Part shown: one piece after another, positions 7,539-16,505 of the stretch
How positions within the stretch are numbered: position 1 is the first letter of the stretch
Layout: each line of letters opens with the position of its first letter
Assembly (NCBI GenBank): GCA_023150835.1
Contig: JAKLKB010000035.1
Location: 50,830-70,829 of the forward strand
Length of the DNA: 20,000 bases
Direction: 5' to 3'
DNA from: Myxococcota bacterium
GTDB lineage: Bacteria > Myxococcota_C > UBA6777
Position numbers and translations under genes: made by a program
The notes under the pieces: model-generated
What the model was told of the DNA's origin: nothing
The model's database searches: none
What the model saw: only the letters and a program-made list of their open reading frames with translations

Positions 7539-9920
7539 TTAGGCTTCTGCGGAGGAAGCGTTGATCTCGTCGTTGTTGTTGGTGGTGGATTCCGAAGAGA
7601 TATCGCGTTCGAGGACTTCTTCGAGGGCGAGCTGCATGTCGTCGACGAAGCTGAACTCCATTTCATCGCGGGCTTCGGCGGGGACTTCTTCGAGATCTTT
7701 TTGGTTCTTTTTGGGGAGGACGACTTTGCGGATGCCGGCGCGGTGGGCAGCGAGGACTTTTTCTTTGATCCCGCCGACAGGAAGGACGCGACCGCGCAGA
7801 GTGATCTCGCCCGTCATGGCGACATCTCCGCGCACACGGCGGCCTGTGATCAGAGAGATGATCGCGGAAAGCATCGCAACACCGGCGCTAGGGCCTTCTT
7901 TGGGGATGGCACCAGCGGGGACGTGGATATGGATATCCCACGCTTTGTGGAAGTCGGCGGGGACACCGAGTTCTTTGGTGTTGGAGCGGATGTAAGCGAG
8001 TGCGGCTTCCGCAGATTCTTTCATGACTTCGCCGAGTTTGCCTGTGAGCGAGAGCTTGCCTGAACCGGGCATACGGGTGGCTTCGATGAAGAGGAGATCG
8101 CCCCCTGTGGGGGTCCATGCGAGGCCGGTGGCGACACCGGGCATACGGGTGAGTTCGGCGGCTTCGGGGAAGAACTTGACTTGGCCGAGGTAGTCGCCGA
8201 CTTGTTCGGTATCGATCTGATGGCCGGAATCATCGCCTTTTGCGACTTCGACAGCGATCTTGCGACAAACGGAGCGGATCTCTCGTTCGAGTTGACGGAC
8301 GCCTGCTTCGCGGGTGTAGCTTTCGACGATGTGCTTGATGGCTTCGTCGGTGATCTCGGCGTGTTTTTCTTTGAGTCCGTGATCTTTGACTTGTTTGGGG
8401 ACAAGGTGATCGGTGGCGATGTGGAGTTTTTCTTGCCACGTGTAACCAGAGAGTTCGATGATCTCCATCCGATCGCGCAAAGCGGGCTGGATGGGGTCGA
8501 GTTGGTTGGCGGTACAGATAAAGAACACGTTCGAGAGATCGTAGGAGACTTCAAGATAGTGATCGGAGAAAGCGTTGTTTTGCTCGGGGTCAAGGACTTC
8601 GAGCAGGGCGGAGGATGGGTCGCCTCGGTAGCTGGTGCCGAGTTTATCGATCTCGTCGAGGATAAAGACGGGATTGATGGTTCCGGCCTTGCGCATACCT
8701 TGGACGATACGTCCGGGTAGAGCGCCGACATAGGTGCGGCGGTGTCCTCGGATCTCGGCTTCATCGCGCACACCTCCGAGGGAGATGCGGATGAATTCGC
8801 GTCCGAGGGCGCGGGCGATCGAGCGACCAAGGGAGGTTTTTCCGACGCCGGGGGGGCCTGAGAAGCAAAGGATGGGGCCTTTTTTCTCTGGGTTGAGTTT
8901 GCGGACGGCGAGGTGTTCGATGATGCGTTGTTTGATCTTGTCGAGTCCGTAGTGATCTTCGTTGAGGATCTCGTTGACGCGATCGAGGTTGAGGTTGTCT
9001 TCGGTGGCTTTGGTCCAAGGGAGGTTGGAGAGCCATTCGAGGTAGGTCTTGGCGACCATGTATTCGGCTTGTGCGGGGTTCATGGCGCGCAAGCGGTTGA
9101 GTTCACGATCGGCCATCTCACGGGCTTCTTCGGGGAGTTCGGCATCTTTGAGTTTTTTCTCAAGGGTTTCGATATCAGCGGTCTTGTAATCGTCTTCGCC
9201 GAGTTCTTTTTGGATGGCTTTGAGTTGTTGGCGAAGAATGGTTTCGCGCTGGCTTTTGGCGACATCATCGCGCAGATGGTTTTCGATCTCTTTGCGCACC
9301 GACAGGACTTCTTTGATGCGACTGAGCATCTCGAGTGTGGTATCGAGGCGTTCTTTGAGATCGAAGGTGCTGAGGATCTTCATCTTGTCATCGAGAGAGA
9401 TGTCGAGCGTCGAAGCGATCATATCGGCGAGTTGGCCGGGTTCTTTGATCTCGGAGAGCATTTTTTCTGCGCCGCGTGGAAGTTCGGGCGTCAGTTTGAT
9501 CACTTCGCGGGCGACTTTGCGCAGCGTTTGATCGAGGGCGCTGAGTTGGAGGTCTTCTTTATCGCTTTGATCGTTGATGGTGGTGACTTCGGAGATCCAG
9601 TAGGGGTCATCGGTGAGGATGCGTTCCAAGACGATGCGTTGGATACCTTGGACCATCAAGCTGTAGGTGTTGCGGCCCGTTTTTTGGATCTTGAGGATGC
9701 GGGCAAGGGTCCCGATGCGGTAGAGATCTTCTTCGCTGGGGTCTTCGATCTCTGGGTCTTTTTGGGTGACGATCGCAAGCAGTGTCTCGGTGGGATCGGC
9801 TGCTTTAATCAAGGCGATCGACTTGGGACGCCCGACATTCAGGGTAATCACACCGCCGGGGAAAAAGACTCCGTTGCGTAAGGGGAGCAGCGGTAGTGAT
9901 TGCTGGCTTTCTATGGACAT
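7539..9920 (-). CDS. lon: ATP-dependent protease La (LonA; resembles myxobacterial LonD/BsgA)
   Basis: Lon N-domain LPLLPLRNGVFFPG, Walker A GPPGVGKTS, GHRRTYVGALPGRI, Walker B FILDEIDK, catalytic GPSAG Ser and GGIKEK Lys; AAGGAG RBS. Confidence 0.98.
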   Translation of the reverse strand: MSIESQQSLPLLPLRNGVFFPGGVITLNVGRPKSIALIKAADPTETLLAIVTQKDPEIEDPSEEDLYRIGTLARILKIQKTGRNTYSLMVQGIQRIVLERILTDDPYWISEVTTINDQSDKEDLQLSALDQTLRKVAREVIKLTPELPRGAEKMLSEIKEPGQLADMIASTLDISLDDKMKILSTFDLKERLDTTLEMLSRIKEVLSVRKEIENHLRDDVAKSQRETILRQQLKAIQKELGEDDYKTADIETLEKKLKDAELPEEAREMADRELNRLRAMNPAQAEYMVAKTYLEWLSNLPWTKATEDNLNLDRVNEILNEDHYGLDKIKQRIIEHLAVRKLNPEKKGPILCFSGPPGVGKTSLGRSIARALGREFIRISLGGVRDEAEIRGHRRTYVGALPGRIVQGMRKAGTINPVFILDEIDKLGTSYRGDPSSALLEVLDPEQNNAFSDHYLEVSYDLSNVFFICTANQLDPIQPALRDRMEIIELSGYTWQEKLHIATDHLVPKQVKDHGLKEKHAEITDEAIKHIVESYTREAGVRQLEREIRSVCRKIAVEVAKGDDSGHQIDTEQVGDYLGQVKFFPEAAELTRMPGVATGLAWTPTGGDLLFIEATRMPGSGKLSLTGKLGEVMKESAEAALAYIRSNTKELGVPADFHKAWDIHIHVPAGAIPKEGPSAGVAMLSAIISLITGRRVRGDVAMTGEITLRGRVLPVGGIKEKVLAAHRAGIRKVVLPKKNQKDLEEVPAEARDEMEFSFVDDMQLALEEVLERDISSESTTNNNDEINASSAEA

Positions 9921-10161
9921 GCGATGGACTCCTTCTTGGACGATGATGTATCGCAGCTCAGGTACCGTATGATTCCATAATCATGGCTGTACGGGCCAAA
10001 TGAGAGACTTTGTTTGGGTGGTGGTTTTGTGGTGGTTCGTTCTTTCGGTGTTTTGTTTGCGAAGCGGGGTGGCGCTTCGTTGGGTTGTGTGGCTCCGTGA
10101 GGAGCCTAAGATCGGGCGCAAACACAACATCACCAAAAAAACAGCCCTTGTATCGGCTAGA

Positions 10162-10190
10162 AGCATAGTACCGAGGGAGGGGGGTGTCAA
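10162..10190 (-). promoter_or_regulatory. sigma70 promoter P1 upstream of lon
   Basis: Minus strand TTGACA, 17-nt spacer, TATGCT. Confidence 0.65.
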
Positions 10191-10206
10191 GAAAAGCAAT
10201 CCGACC

Positions 10207-10246
10207 ATCATAGAAGGCTTCGCGACGCGCTGCAAGCCTTTTTTTT
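10207..10246 (-). promoter_or_regulatory. sigma70 promoter P2 upstream of lon, with an upstream A-tract
   Basis: Minus strand AAAAAAAAGGC-TTGCAG, 17-nt spacer, TATGAT. Confidence 0.55.
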
Positions 10247-10432
10247 GGGCAGGTTGTCTCTGCGCTTGCCTAGGATGCCGAGGGAGAGCTTTTGGTTGCG
10301 TTTTTGGGTGTCAAGGGAGCCGCGCTAAGGTTGTGTGTGGGCAGCGCCCCACAAAAGCCGAGAGAGGCAGAAGTTCTAAACAAGATAGGAGTTACGCAGT
10401 TGAAGAGGGAAAGCGTGAAGAATCAACCCGTT

Positions 10433-10456
10433 GTAGGGGCAGTTCGCGAACCGCCC
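10433..10456 (+). repeat. GTAG-type REP, second variant
   Basis: GTAG followed by the imperfect palindrome GGGCAGTTCGCGAACCGCCC, downstream of the helicase stop. Confidence 0.7.
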
Positions 10457-10508
10457 GCGCCCTGACATGGGCCTTTTTCGTATCGAACTGCGTAAGTTCC
10501 AAACAAGA

Positions 10509-13112
10509 TCAAGGAGGCAAGAACGCGGATGGCGTTTGATGAAAATGTCGGAGTGCGCGCATGACTTCGTTTGTGGGGGCGATCAGACGGGGGCTTTCGG
10601 GGGGGAGTGCATCGAGAAAGACACTGCCATAACTTTTTTCGACGACGCGATTGTCGAGGATCAAGACGGTCCCTCGGTCTTGTTTACTTCGGATCAGTCG
10701 GCCAAAACCTTGTTTGAATTTGATGGTGGCGGAGGGTACGGTGTAGCGCAAGAAAGAGTTTTCACCTCGGCTTTCAAGGGCTTCGACACGCGCTTCGATC
10801 AGAGGATCGGAGGGGACGCGAAAGGGCAGGCGTGTGAGGATCACGTTGCACAGGGCGCGGCCTTGGACGTCGACGCCTTCCCAAAAAGAGTCTGTGCCGA
10901 ACAACACGCTGCGTTCTTCTTCGATCTTGCGTTGAAGCAAGATGTGACGGGGCATTTGGCCTTGACACAGCGAGCGGATATCGAGGCGTTCGAGGCGGGG
11001 AGCAAGGCGTTCGTAGAGAAAGCGCAAGAGTCCGAAAGATGTACAAAGCACAAATGCCCGACCATCCGAGATCTCAAGTGATCGAAAGATGATCTCGCAG
11101 ATCGCGTCTCGGAATTGTGGTGCATTGGGGCCGGGCAGATCGGTGGGTATCCCGATCAGGCTTTGCGTGGCGTAGTCAAAGGGAGACGGAAACATATCGC
11201 TAAACACCCGACTATCGGGAAGGTCTTGCATACCGAGGCGCTGTTGGAGGAAAGAAAAGTCTTTTTGTCCGGTGGTGAGCGTGGCCGAAGTGAGGGCGAT
11301 CGTGCCAAAGTGATCGTAAAGCATCTTGCTGAGGGGGGCTGCGACTTCGAGGGGGGCTGCTTGGAGGCGCAAGCGCCCATCGGCTTGGGTTTGGGCTTCA
11401 AACCATCGCACCAAGACGGCCTCGTCTTCGGCGTTTGGGTTGCTTTCGTCGGTCTCATCCTCCGAAAAAAACAGATCGAGCGAGGCGGCTGCGTTGCCGA
11501 GGCGATTGACCGCAGCGCCGATCTCCATCAAGGGGCTGCTCAGGTCTTTTTCGATGACCTTGGCTTGGTCTTCGACGTCGGCGGCAAACTTCATCAACCA
11601 CTGCAACAGATCGCGGATCTGTTGGCCCCAACCAAGCCCCATCTCGCGGATATCTTGCCACGGGCCTTGTTTGCGAAACGACGGAGTGACGCGGACTTTG
11701 ATCAGTTGTGGCGTGTTATTTTCTGCATCCACCAACAGGCTGCGGATGCGTTGCTCGATGCGAAGGGTGTTTTCGCGCAGTCGACGAACTTCGGGGATCA
11801 GCTTTTCAAACAGCGTCTGTTGGAGGGGGCCGACGCCTTTGATCTTGTGATGGTGTTCTTGAAGCAGGCCCCCGATCTGCCTCAACAGGCCGGTCTCTTC
11901 TTGTTTTTTGGTGCGCAGAAGTTTTCCGAGGCTTTGAAGCACACCAAAGGGGGTGATCTGAAAGCCCAAAAAGGCGCTTGCTGCGTCTTCGATATTGTGC
12001 GCTTCGTCCAGTACGATGCGGTGGTAAGGGGGCAACAGGGCGGGTGTATGGAAGTTTCCGCTGCTTTCGCGCAGGGCCAGATCCGCAAACAAGACGTGGT
12101 GGTTGGTCACGAGGATATCGGCGTCCGCTTGTTGGCGGCGAGCGATGTAGTAAAAGCAGCTTTTGTAATGTTCGCAGCGCATACGCTGACAAGCGTCACC
12201 GTCGGCTTGAAGGCGCGACCACAGCGCATCATCGGGCAAAAAGGATAGAGAGGACTTGTCGCCTGTGGTGGTGTTTTGCGCCCATTCATGGAGGCGATGG
12301 AGTTGCTTGCGTTGTTCTTCGTCTTGTTCGATCTGGAGTTCTGCGCCGACTTGGTGGACGCGACGGATGCAAAGGTAGTTGTTTCGGCCTTTGACGAGCG
12401 AGGCTGTGAAGGGGATATCGAGGACTTCTTGGAGGAAGGGGATGTCTTTGTAGAAGATCTGTTCTTGGAGGTTGATGGTTTTGGTGGAGACCACGACGCG
12501 CTCACGGTTGCGATGTGCCCAATAGACCGAGGGGATCAGATACGCGAGAGACTTTCCTGTGCCTGTACCTGCTTCGACCATGTAGAGGTGATCGTGGTTA
12601 AAGGCGCGCACCATCCCGCGCAACATGGCGATCTGTTCGTCGCGTTGCTCGTAGCGCGGAAGTTTTCGGGCCATCGGCCCTTTTGGACCAAGCAGTGCGG
12701 TGATCTCTTTTTCGTCGAGCGGAACGAGGCTTTCCGCTTCTTGCACGCCTTCAACGATCTGATGGGCGTGTTCTACTTGGTTATCGATCAGCAGATAGCC
12801 GATGCCCTTTTCGTCGAAGCGACGGGCGTATTCTTCGTCTTGTTGGGTAGGAAGCAGTTGAGCGTCTGCGTGGTTGTGAAGGACCACTTCGCCCGTTTTG
12901 GGCGTGGAAAACAGCAGCATCGGTGCGCGTGGGCCTTCCTTGCATACGGCCTTGACACGAGCGATCTTGCCGTTTTGGTCGAGCTGACCGACGAAATACG
13001 CCCCCGCTCCTTCGTTCTTTCGCAAGGCAGCCCGAAGTTTGGCGACCACTTCGTGGGTCATGTATTGATCGAGGGTCGGCAAGGCCATCTCCTTCGTCTG
13101 CTGTGGGGACAC
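10509..13112 (-). CDS. dinG: DinG/YoaA-family Fe-S DNA helicase with an N-terminal JAB (RadC-like) domain
   Basis: Q motif YEQRDEQ, EAGTGTGKSLAYL, KGRNNYLC, Fe-S cysteines DAC-QRMRC-EHYKSC, DEAH, SATL, FWEGVDV, QGFGRLIRS. N-terminal VVLHNH..LLPTQQD. Start uncertain (13112 or 13088). Confidence 0.93.
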   Translation of the reverse strand: MSPQQTKEMALPTLDQYMTHEVVAKLRAALRKNEGAGAYFVGQLDQNGKIARVKAVCKEGPRAPMLLFSTPKTGEVVLHNHADAQLLPTQQDEEYARRFDEKGIGYLLIDNQVEHAHQIVEGVQEAESLVPLDEKEITALLGPKGPMARKLPRYEQRDEQIAMLRGMVRAFNHDHLYMVEAGTGTGKSLAYLIPSVYWAHRNRERVVVSTKTINLQEQIFYKDIPFLQEVLDIPFTASLVKGRNNYLCIRRVHQVGAELQIEQDEEQRKQLHRLHEWAQNTTTGDKSSLSFLPDDALWSRLQADGDACQRMRCEHYKSCFYYIARRQQADADILVTNHHVLFADLALRESSGNFHTPALLPPYHRIVLDEAHNIEDAASAFLGFQITPFGVLQSLGKLLRTKKQEETGLLRQIGGLLQEHHHKIKGVGPLQQTLFEKLIPEVRRLRENTLRIEQRIRSLLVDAENNTPQLIKVRVTPSFRKQGPWQDIREMGLGWGQQIRDLLQWLMKFAADVEDQAKVIEKDLSSPLMEIGAAVNRLGNAAASLDLFFSEDETDESNPNAEDEAVLVRWFEAQTQADGRLRLQAAPLEVAAPLSKMLYDHFGTIALTSATLTTGQKDFSFLQQRLGMQDLPDSRVFSDMFPSPFDYATQSLIGIPTDLPGPNAPQFRDAICEIIFRSLEISDGRAFVLCTSFGLLRFLYERLAPRLERLDIRSLCQGQMPRHILLQRKIEEERSVLFGTDSFWEGVDVQGRALCNVILTRLPFRVPSDPLIEARVEALESRGENSFLRYTVPSATIKFKQGFGRLIRSKQDRGTVLILDNRVVEKSYGSVFLDALPPESPRLIAPTNEVMRALRHFHQTPSAFLPP

Positions 13113-13295
13113 TTCGTGGGCGTTGTAGCAAAGGCTTGGGTTCTAGCGTGACAGCAGCGGCCATCTTGTGACATCACCGCGCTTTTTTTCGGGACTTGTG
13201 TTTTTTGAAATGGGCGTGCAATAATGCAAGGTCTTTGATGCGGCTGTCTTCTAAGAGGATGAAAGACAAGTTGTTTTCGTTTAGCATGGGGCTTT

Positions 13296-15158
13296 GTGAT
13301 GAGAGCATTGATTCGTTTGATGATGTTTTTGTGTTCTTTGGCGGCGATCTCTGTCGCTGTGGTGGCCTGCCCAAGCGGTACGGGTGGAAATTGCACAAAG
13401 AATGAAGAGTGTACAGGGGGCCAGATCTGCAAAGACGGCAAATGCACCACCACAAGCAACGTTGAAAACGTCGGAGATACGGATGGAGATGGCGGTGGAT
13501 CGGACACGCCCCCACCCAAGCCTTGTACCGACGACTTCGATTGCCCAGAGGACAAACGCTGCGCCAACAAAGTCTGCGCCGATTATCCGGCCTCTTGCAC
13601 CAAAAACGAAGAATGCGGCTTGGGCCGTAGCTGTGTGGGCGGAAAATGCGGCATCACCACTTGCGAAAGCGATGTCCAATGTTCTACGGGAACCGTTTGT
13701 GATCTCGCCACCAAGCGCTGCAAAAAAGCCAAAACGTGCGAAAAGTCCGAAGACGACTGCGGTTCGGGCATGGTGTGTGACTCCTGTCGAAAAGTTTGCA
13801 CCGCCAAGCCCGCAGGGGCCGTCTGCAACGAAGACTTTAACTGCGATATCGACAAAGAGTTCTGTGACAAATGCGTTCGCGCTTGCAAAACGCGCAAAGC
13901 CCCTTGCCAGCCTTGTCTCGAAAGCCGCGAGTGTGGCGAAGAAAAAGACCTATGTGCGCCCTCTCAAAACGGCCAGCGCTACTGCGCTGTGGCCTGCCAA
14001 AGCGGCGCGTTTTGCCCCTCTGGATACAAGTGTGAAGAAGTCGATCATCCCGATAAATCAGGACAAAAAGTCAAACTTTGCTTCCCCGCCTCTGGAAACT
14101 GCGCCAGCCCGGGCGAATGCTCCAGCAGCGCCGATTGCAAAGGCAGCCAGATCTGCGACCCCAAATCCAAAACCTGCATCGCTGGCTGCAAAGACAACGC
14201 CGAATGCACCGAAGGCAAAAAATGCTGTCGTGGCCGTTGTACCGTTCCATGCGCAAGCAACAGCCAGTGCCAAGGCCAAGAAACCTGCACAGGCGGTTGT
14301 TGTAAGCTCGATGGCGAGTGCGAGACCAGCAAAGACTGCCCCGATAAAAACTACTGCAACCCCCAAACAGGCTTGTGTACGCCCGGATGTCTGCTTGCAA
14401 GCGACTGCGGCTTGCCTGATCCTCAAAAGTCCCGCTGTCGCTTCCTTTGCGAAAACAAGAAATGTGTCGAAGACTGCCGTTGTACCGACCAGCAGCTTGA
14501 TTGCGGGCCGATCCGTTTCTGCCCCAAAGACGACAACAACCCCGCCGAGATCAAGCCTTGCCGGAAACCCGAAGGCCCCACTTGTATCCGTTGCCAAGCC
14601 GATGCCGACTGTGGCTGCAAACAAGGCGATGATTGCAAGTTTGTCTGCACGCGCAAAGCCTGCCAAGCCGACGCCGATTGCGCTGGAATGCCCAACGGAG
14701 CGACCAGTTGCTACAACCAACGCTGCTCGACCAAACAAGTCTGCAACACCGACGCAGAATGTCCCGCAGGCGAAAAGTGCGAAAACAAAAAATGCGGTGA
14801 AAACTGCAACAACCGTTGCCTCGACCTCGGTCAAGCCGGTAAACGCTGCTTTACAGGCTGCGATCCCAAAGGAGACGGCAAAGAGTGCGCTTCGCGCCTA
14901 AGCTGCGTCGAACTCCTCCCCCAAGAAGCCCAAGGCCCGAAGTGCGAATTTGACGGAAAGAAACGCTGCAAAGTCGATGCAGATTGCAGCGGAAACACCC
15001 CACGATGCGGACCTGACGGCTACTGTAGCTCTTGCCCCTCTGGGCAGATCTGCCGTGGCTTCAATAAACTCGATCCACTCGATCTGATCTGTATCGCGGC
15101 TCCCCCCACCATGTGCGCCGATTTTACAGGCGCGATCTGTGAGATGGGCGGTTTCTAA
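13296..15158 (+). CDS. Cysteine-rich repeat lipoprotein
   Basis: Signal peptide with VVA-C lipobox; about 96 Cys in 620 aa by manual count, mostly in C-x5-C-x5-C-x4..6-C repeats (for example CTKNEECTGGQICKDGKC). Confidence 0.88.
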   Translation: MMRALIRLMMFLCSLAAISVAVVACPSGTGGNCTKNEECTGGQICKDGKCTTTSNVENVGDTDGDGGGSDTPPPKPCTDDFDCPEDKRCANKVCADYPASCTKNEECGLGRSCVGGKCGITTCESDVQCSTGTVCDLATKRCKKAKTCEKSEDDCGSGMVCDSCRKVCTAKPAGAVCNEDFNCDIDKEFCDKCVRACKTRKAPCQPCLESRECGEEKDLCAPSQNGQRYCAVACQSGAFCPSGYKCEEVDHPDKSGQKVKLCFPASGNCASPGECSSSADCKGSQICDPKSKTCIAGCKDNAECTEGKKCCRGRCTVPCASNSQCQGQETCTGGCCKLDGECETSKDCPDKNYCNPQTGLCTPGCLLASDCGLPDPQKSRCRFLCENKKCVEDCRCTDQQLDCGPIRFCPKDDNNPAEIKPCRKPEGPTCIRCQADADCGCKQGDDCKFVCTRKACQADADCAGMPNGATSCYNQRCSTKQVCNTDAECPAGEKCENKKCGENCNNRCLDLGQAGKRCFTGCDPKGDGKECASRLSCVELLPQEAQGPKCEFDGKKRCKVDADCSGNTPRCGPDGYCSSCPSGQICRGFNKLDPLDLICIAAPPTMCADFTGAICEMGGF

Positions 15159-15175
15159 TTTGTTCGCGTGTGCCC

Positions 15176-15266
15176 CCCAAACGAACCTCCGCTTGACTTG
15201 TCCAGAACTGCAAGTCGCTTGCACTGGTCGCTCGTCAAACTCCCAAACGAACCTCCGCTTGACTTG
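15176..15266 (+). repeat. Pair of exact 25-bp direct repeats separated by 41 bp
   Basis: CCCAAACGAACCTCCGCTTGACTTG at 15176-15200 and 15242-15266. Confidence 0.9.
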
Positions 15267-15533
15267 CCCCGTCGTAGCCTCGCCTTCTTTCGCTTGGAAT
15301 GTCTCGGCAGATTCTTTGCGGTCTTTTTTCTCTTGTGGCACGAACGGATTGTGCTTATACAGGCCCACGCATCTTTGTTCTGTTCTCTACGCAGAACAGA
15401 GCGCTGTTTTGGGTGTTTTGCAAAAAGCCCCTAGCTGTCGAGGTTTTGAATGATGGTCTCGATCTTTTGGCGTTTTCCTCGCTTGCTTTCGACCTTGGTT
15501 TGGCCGCACAAAGCGAAGCCGTTTCGCCGCTCC

Positions 15534-16487
15534 ATGCGCAGGGTTGTGTGTTCGTGGATGCTCGGTGCTTTGTTGCTTCCGTGTCTTGCGGGTTGTCGCA
15601 AAGGAAGCCCCGAGCTTGGCTCAAAAGAGGCCCCCAACCCCCTCGTCGCGAAACAACTCATGGGGATCTCTGGCTCTCAAGTGGCCCGAAATGCCGCAGA
15701 GATGCTCAAAGGCGCGTCCGTTGATCCTGCCGTCATCAACAAAGCGATGGGCGGATTTGTCTATCAAGCCACCAGTTCCTACTCTTCAACGCGCAAATCG
15801 CGCACGGTAAAGTTCAGTGAAAAAGTTCACATCACACAACACCCCGAAGGGCCTTTTCATCTTCTTATGAACAACGACCAACAAAAGTCTGCCGAAGTCA
15901 TCTGGCACGCTGAAAAGCTGTATTGGCGCGGTAAAGGCCGCCCATTCCGTGTGACTTCGGAGGATGTGGAGATGGCGCGACGTTGGCAAGTCCGTAGTCA
16001 CGGACAATGGCGCGCCTTGGTCGCTATTTTTGGCGAATCGATCCAACTCGAAGATCAAGGTGAGGAACAAGTGGCAGGTCGTACCTGTCGGGCTTATCGC
16101 ATCACGCTGCGAAGCGTCACAGATGCTTCGTTGCCCGATATCCCCGAAGGTACGGCTTGGTCTGGTAAACTTCCTGAACACACACGCGGAAAAGCTGCCA
16201 ACAAGCCCCGCCTACCGTCGCAAGCCAGCGGAACCCTTTGTGCAGATCTCCAACTCGGTTTTCCGCTCAAAGTTAAGTTTCAAGGCCGTTATCGCGTCGG
16301 AAAAGACGAGGCTGATGTGGCTGTCACATTGGATGCCTCTTTTTCTCTCGCATCCTCCGAGCCGATCAAGCCCCCCAAGGCCGTCGTCGCCGTCTCGCGT
16401 GAACCTGAACCCTTAGATGCCTTTGCCAAAAAGAAACCCACCTTTTTTCTCGAACCGCCTGCACGCCGCCCAGAAGGAGGCCAGTAA
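15534..16487 (+). CDS. Hypothetical lipoprotein (beta-rich, possibly LolA/LppX-like fold)
   Basis: MRRVVCSWMLGALLLPCLAG-C lipobox (start could be 15450). EEQVAGRTCRAYRITL and GTLCADLQLGFPLKVKF resemble LolA-superfamily strands (inference). Confidence 0.65.
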   Translation: MRRVVCSWMLGALLLPCLAGCRKGSPELGSKEAPNPLVAKQLMGISGSQVARNAAEMLKGASVDPAVINKAMGGFVYQATSSYSSTRKSRTVKFSEKVHITQHPEGPFHLLMNNDQQKSAEVIWHAEKLYWRGKGRPFRVTSEDVEMARRWQVRSHGQWRALVAIFGESIQLEDQGEEQVAGRTCRAYRITLRSVTDASLPDIPEGTAWSGKLPEHTRGKAANKPRLPSQASGTLCADLQLGFPLKVKFQGRYRVGKDEADVAVTLDASFSLASSEPIKPPKAVVAVSREPEPLDAFAKKKPTFFLEPPARRPEGGQ

Positions 16488-16505
16488 CCGCAGGCAAAAG
16501 GAGCG

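Noticed and set aside
10214..10246. Plus-strand intrinsic terminator (AAGGCTT...AAGCCTT plus T-run) implying an antisense RNA
   Set aside because: It is better explained as a minus-strand promoter with an A-tract (TTGCAG-17-TATGAT), and no plus-strand gene lies upstream. Not fully excluded.
10509..13112. Type IV CRISPR-associated CasDinG
   Set aside because: No cas or csf genes or array nearby; housekeeping context and an intact Fe-S motif.
8913..13151. Long plus-strand ORFs antisense to lon and dinG (322, 377 and 291 aa)
   Set aside because: Typical antisense shadows caused by codon bias; no recognisable motifs.
13384..14901. 505-aa alternative-frame ORF within the Cys-rich gene
   Set aside because: The Ala/Thr/Pro/Lys-rich product is what a +1 reading of codons ending in C produces; no independent support.
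13296..15158. Multiheme cytochrome or polyferredoxin
   Set aside because: No CxxCH motifs and no CxxCxxCxxxCP pattern; it is an exported, disulfide-type repeat protein.
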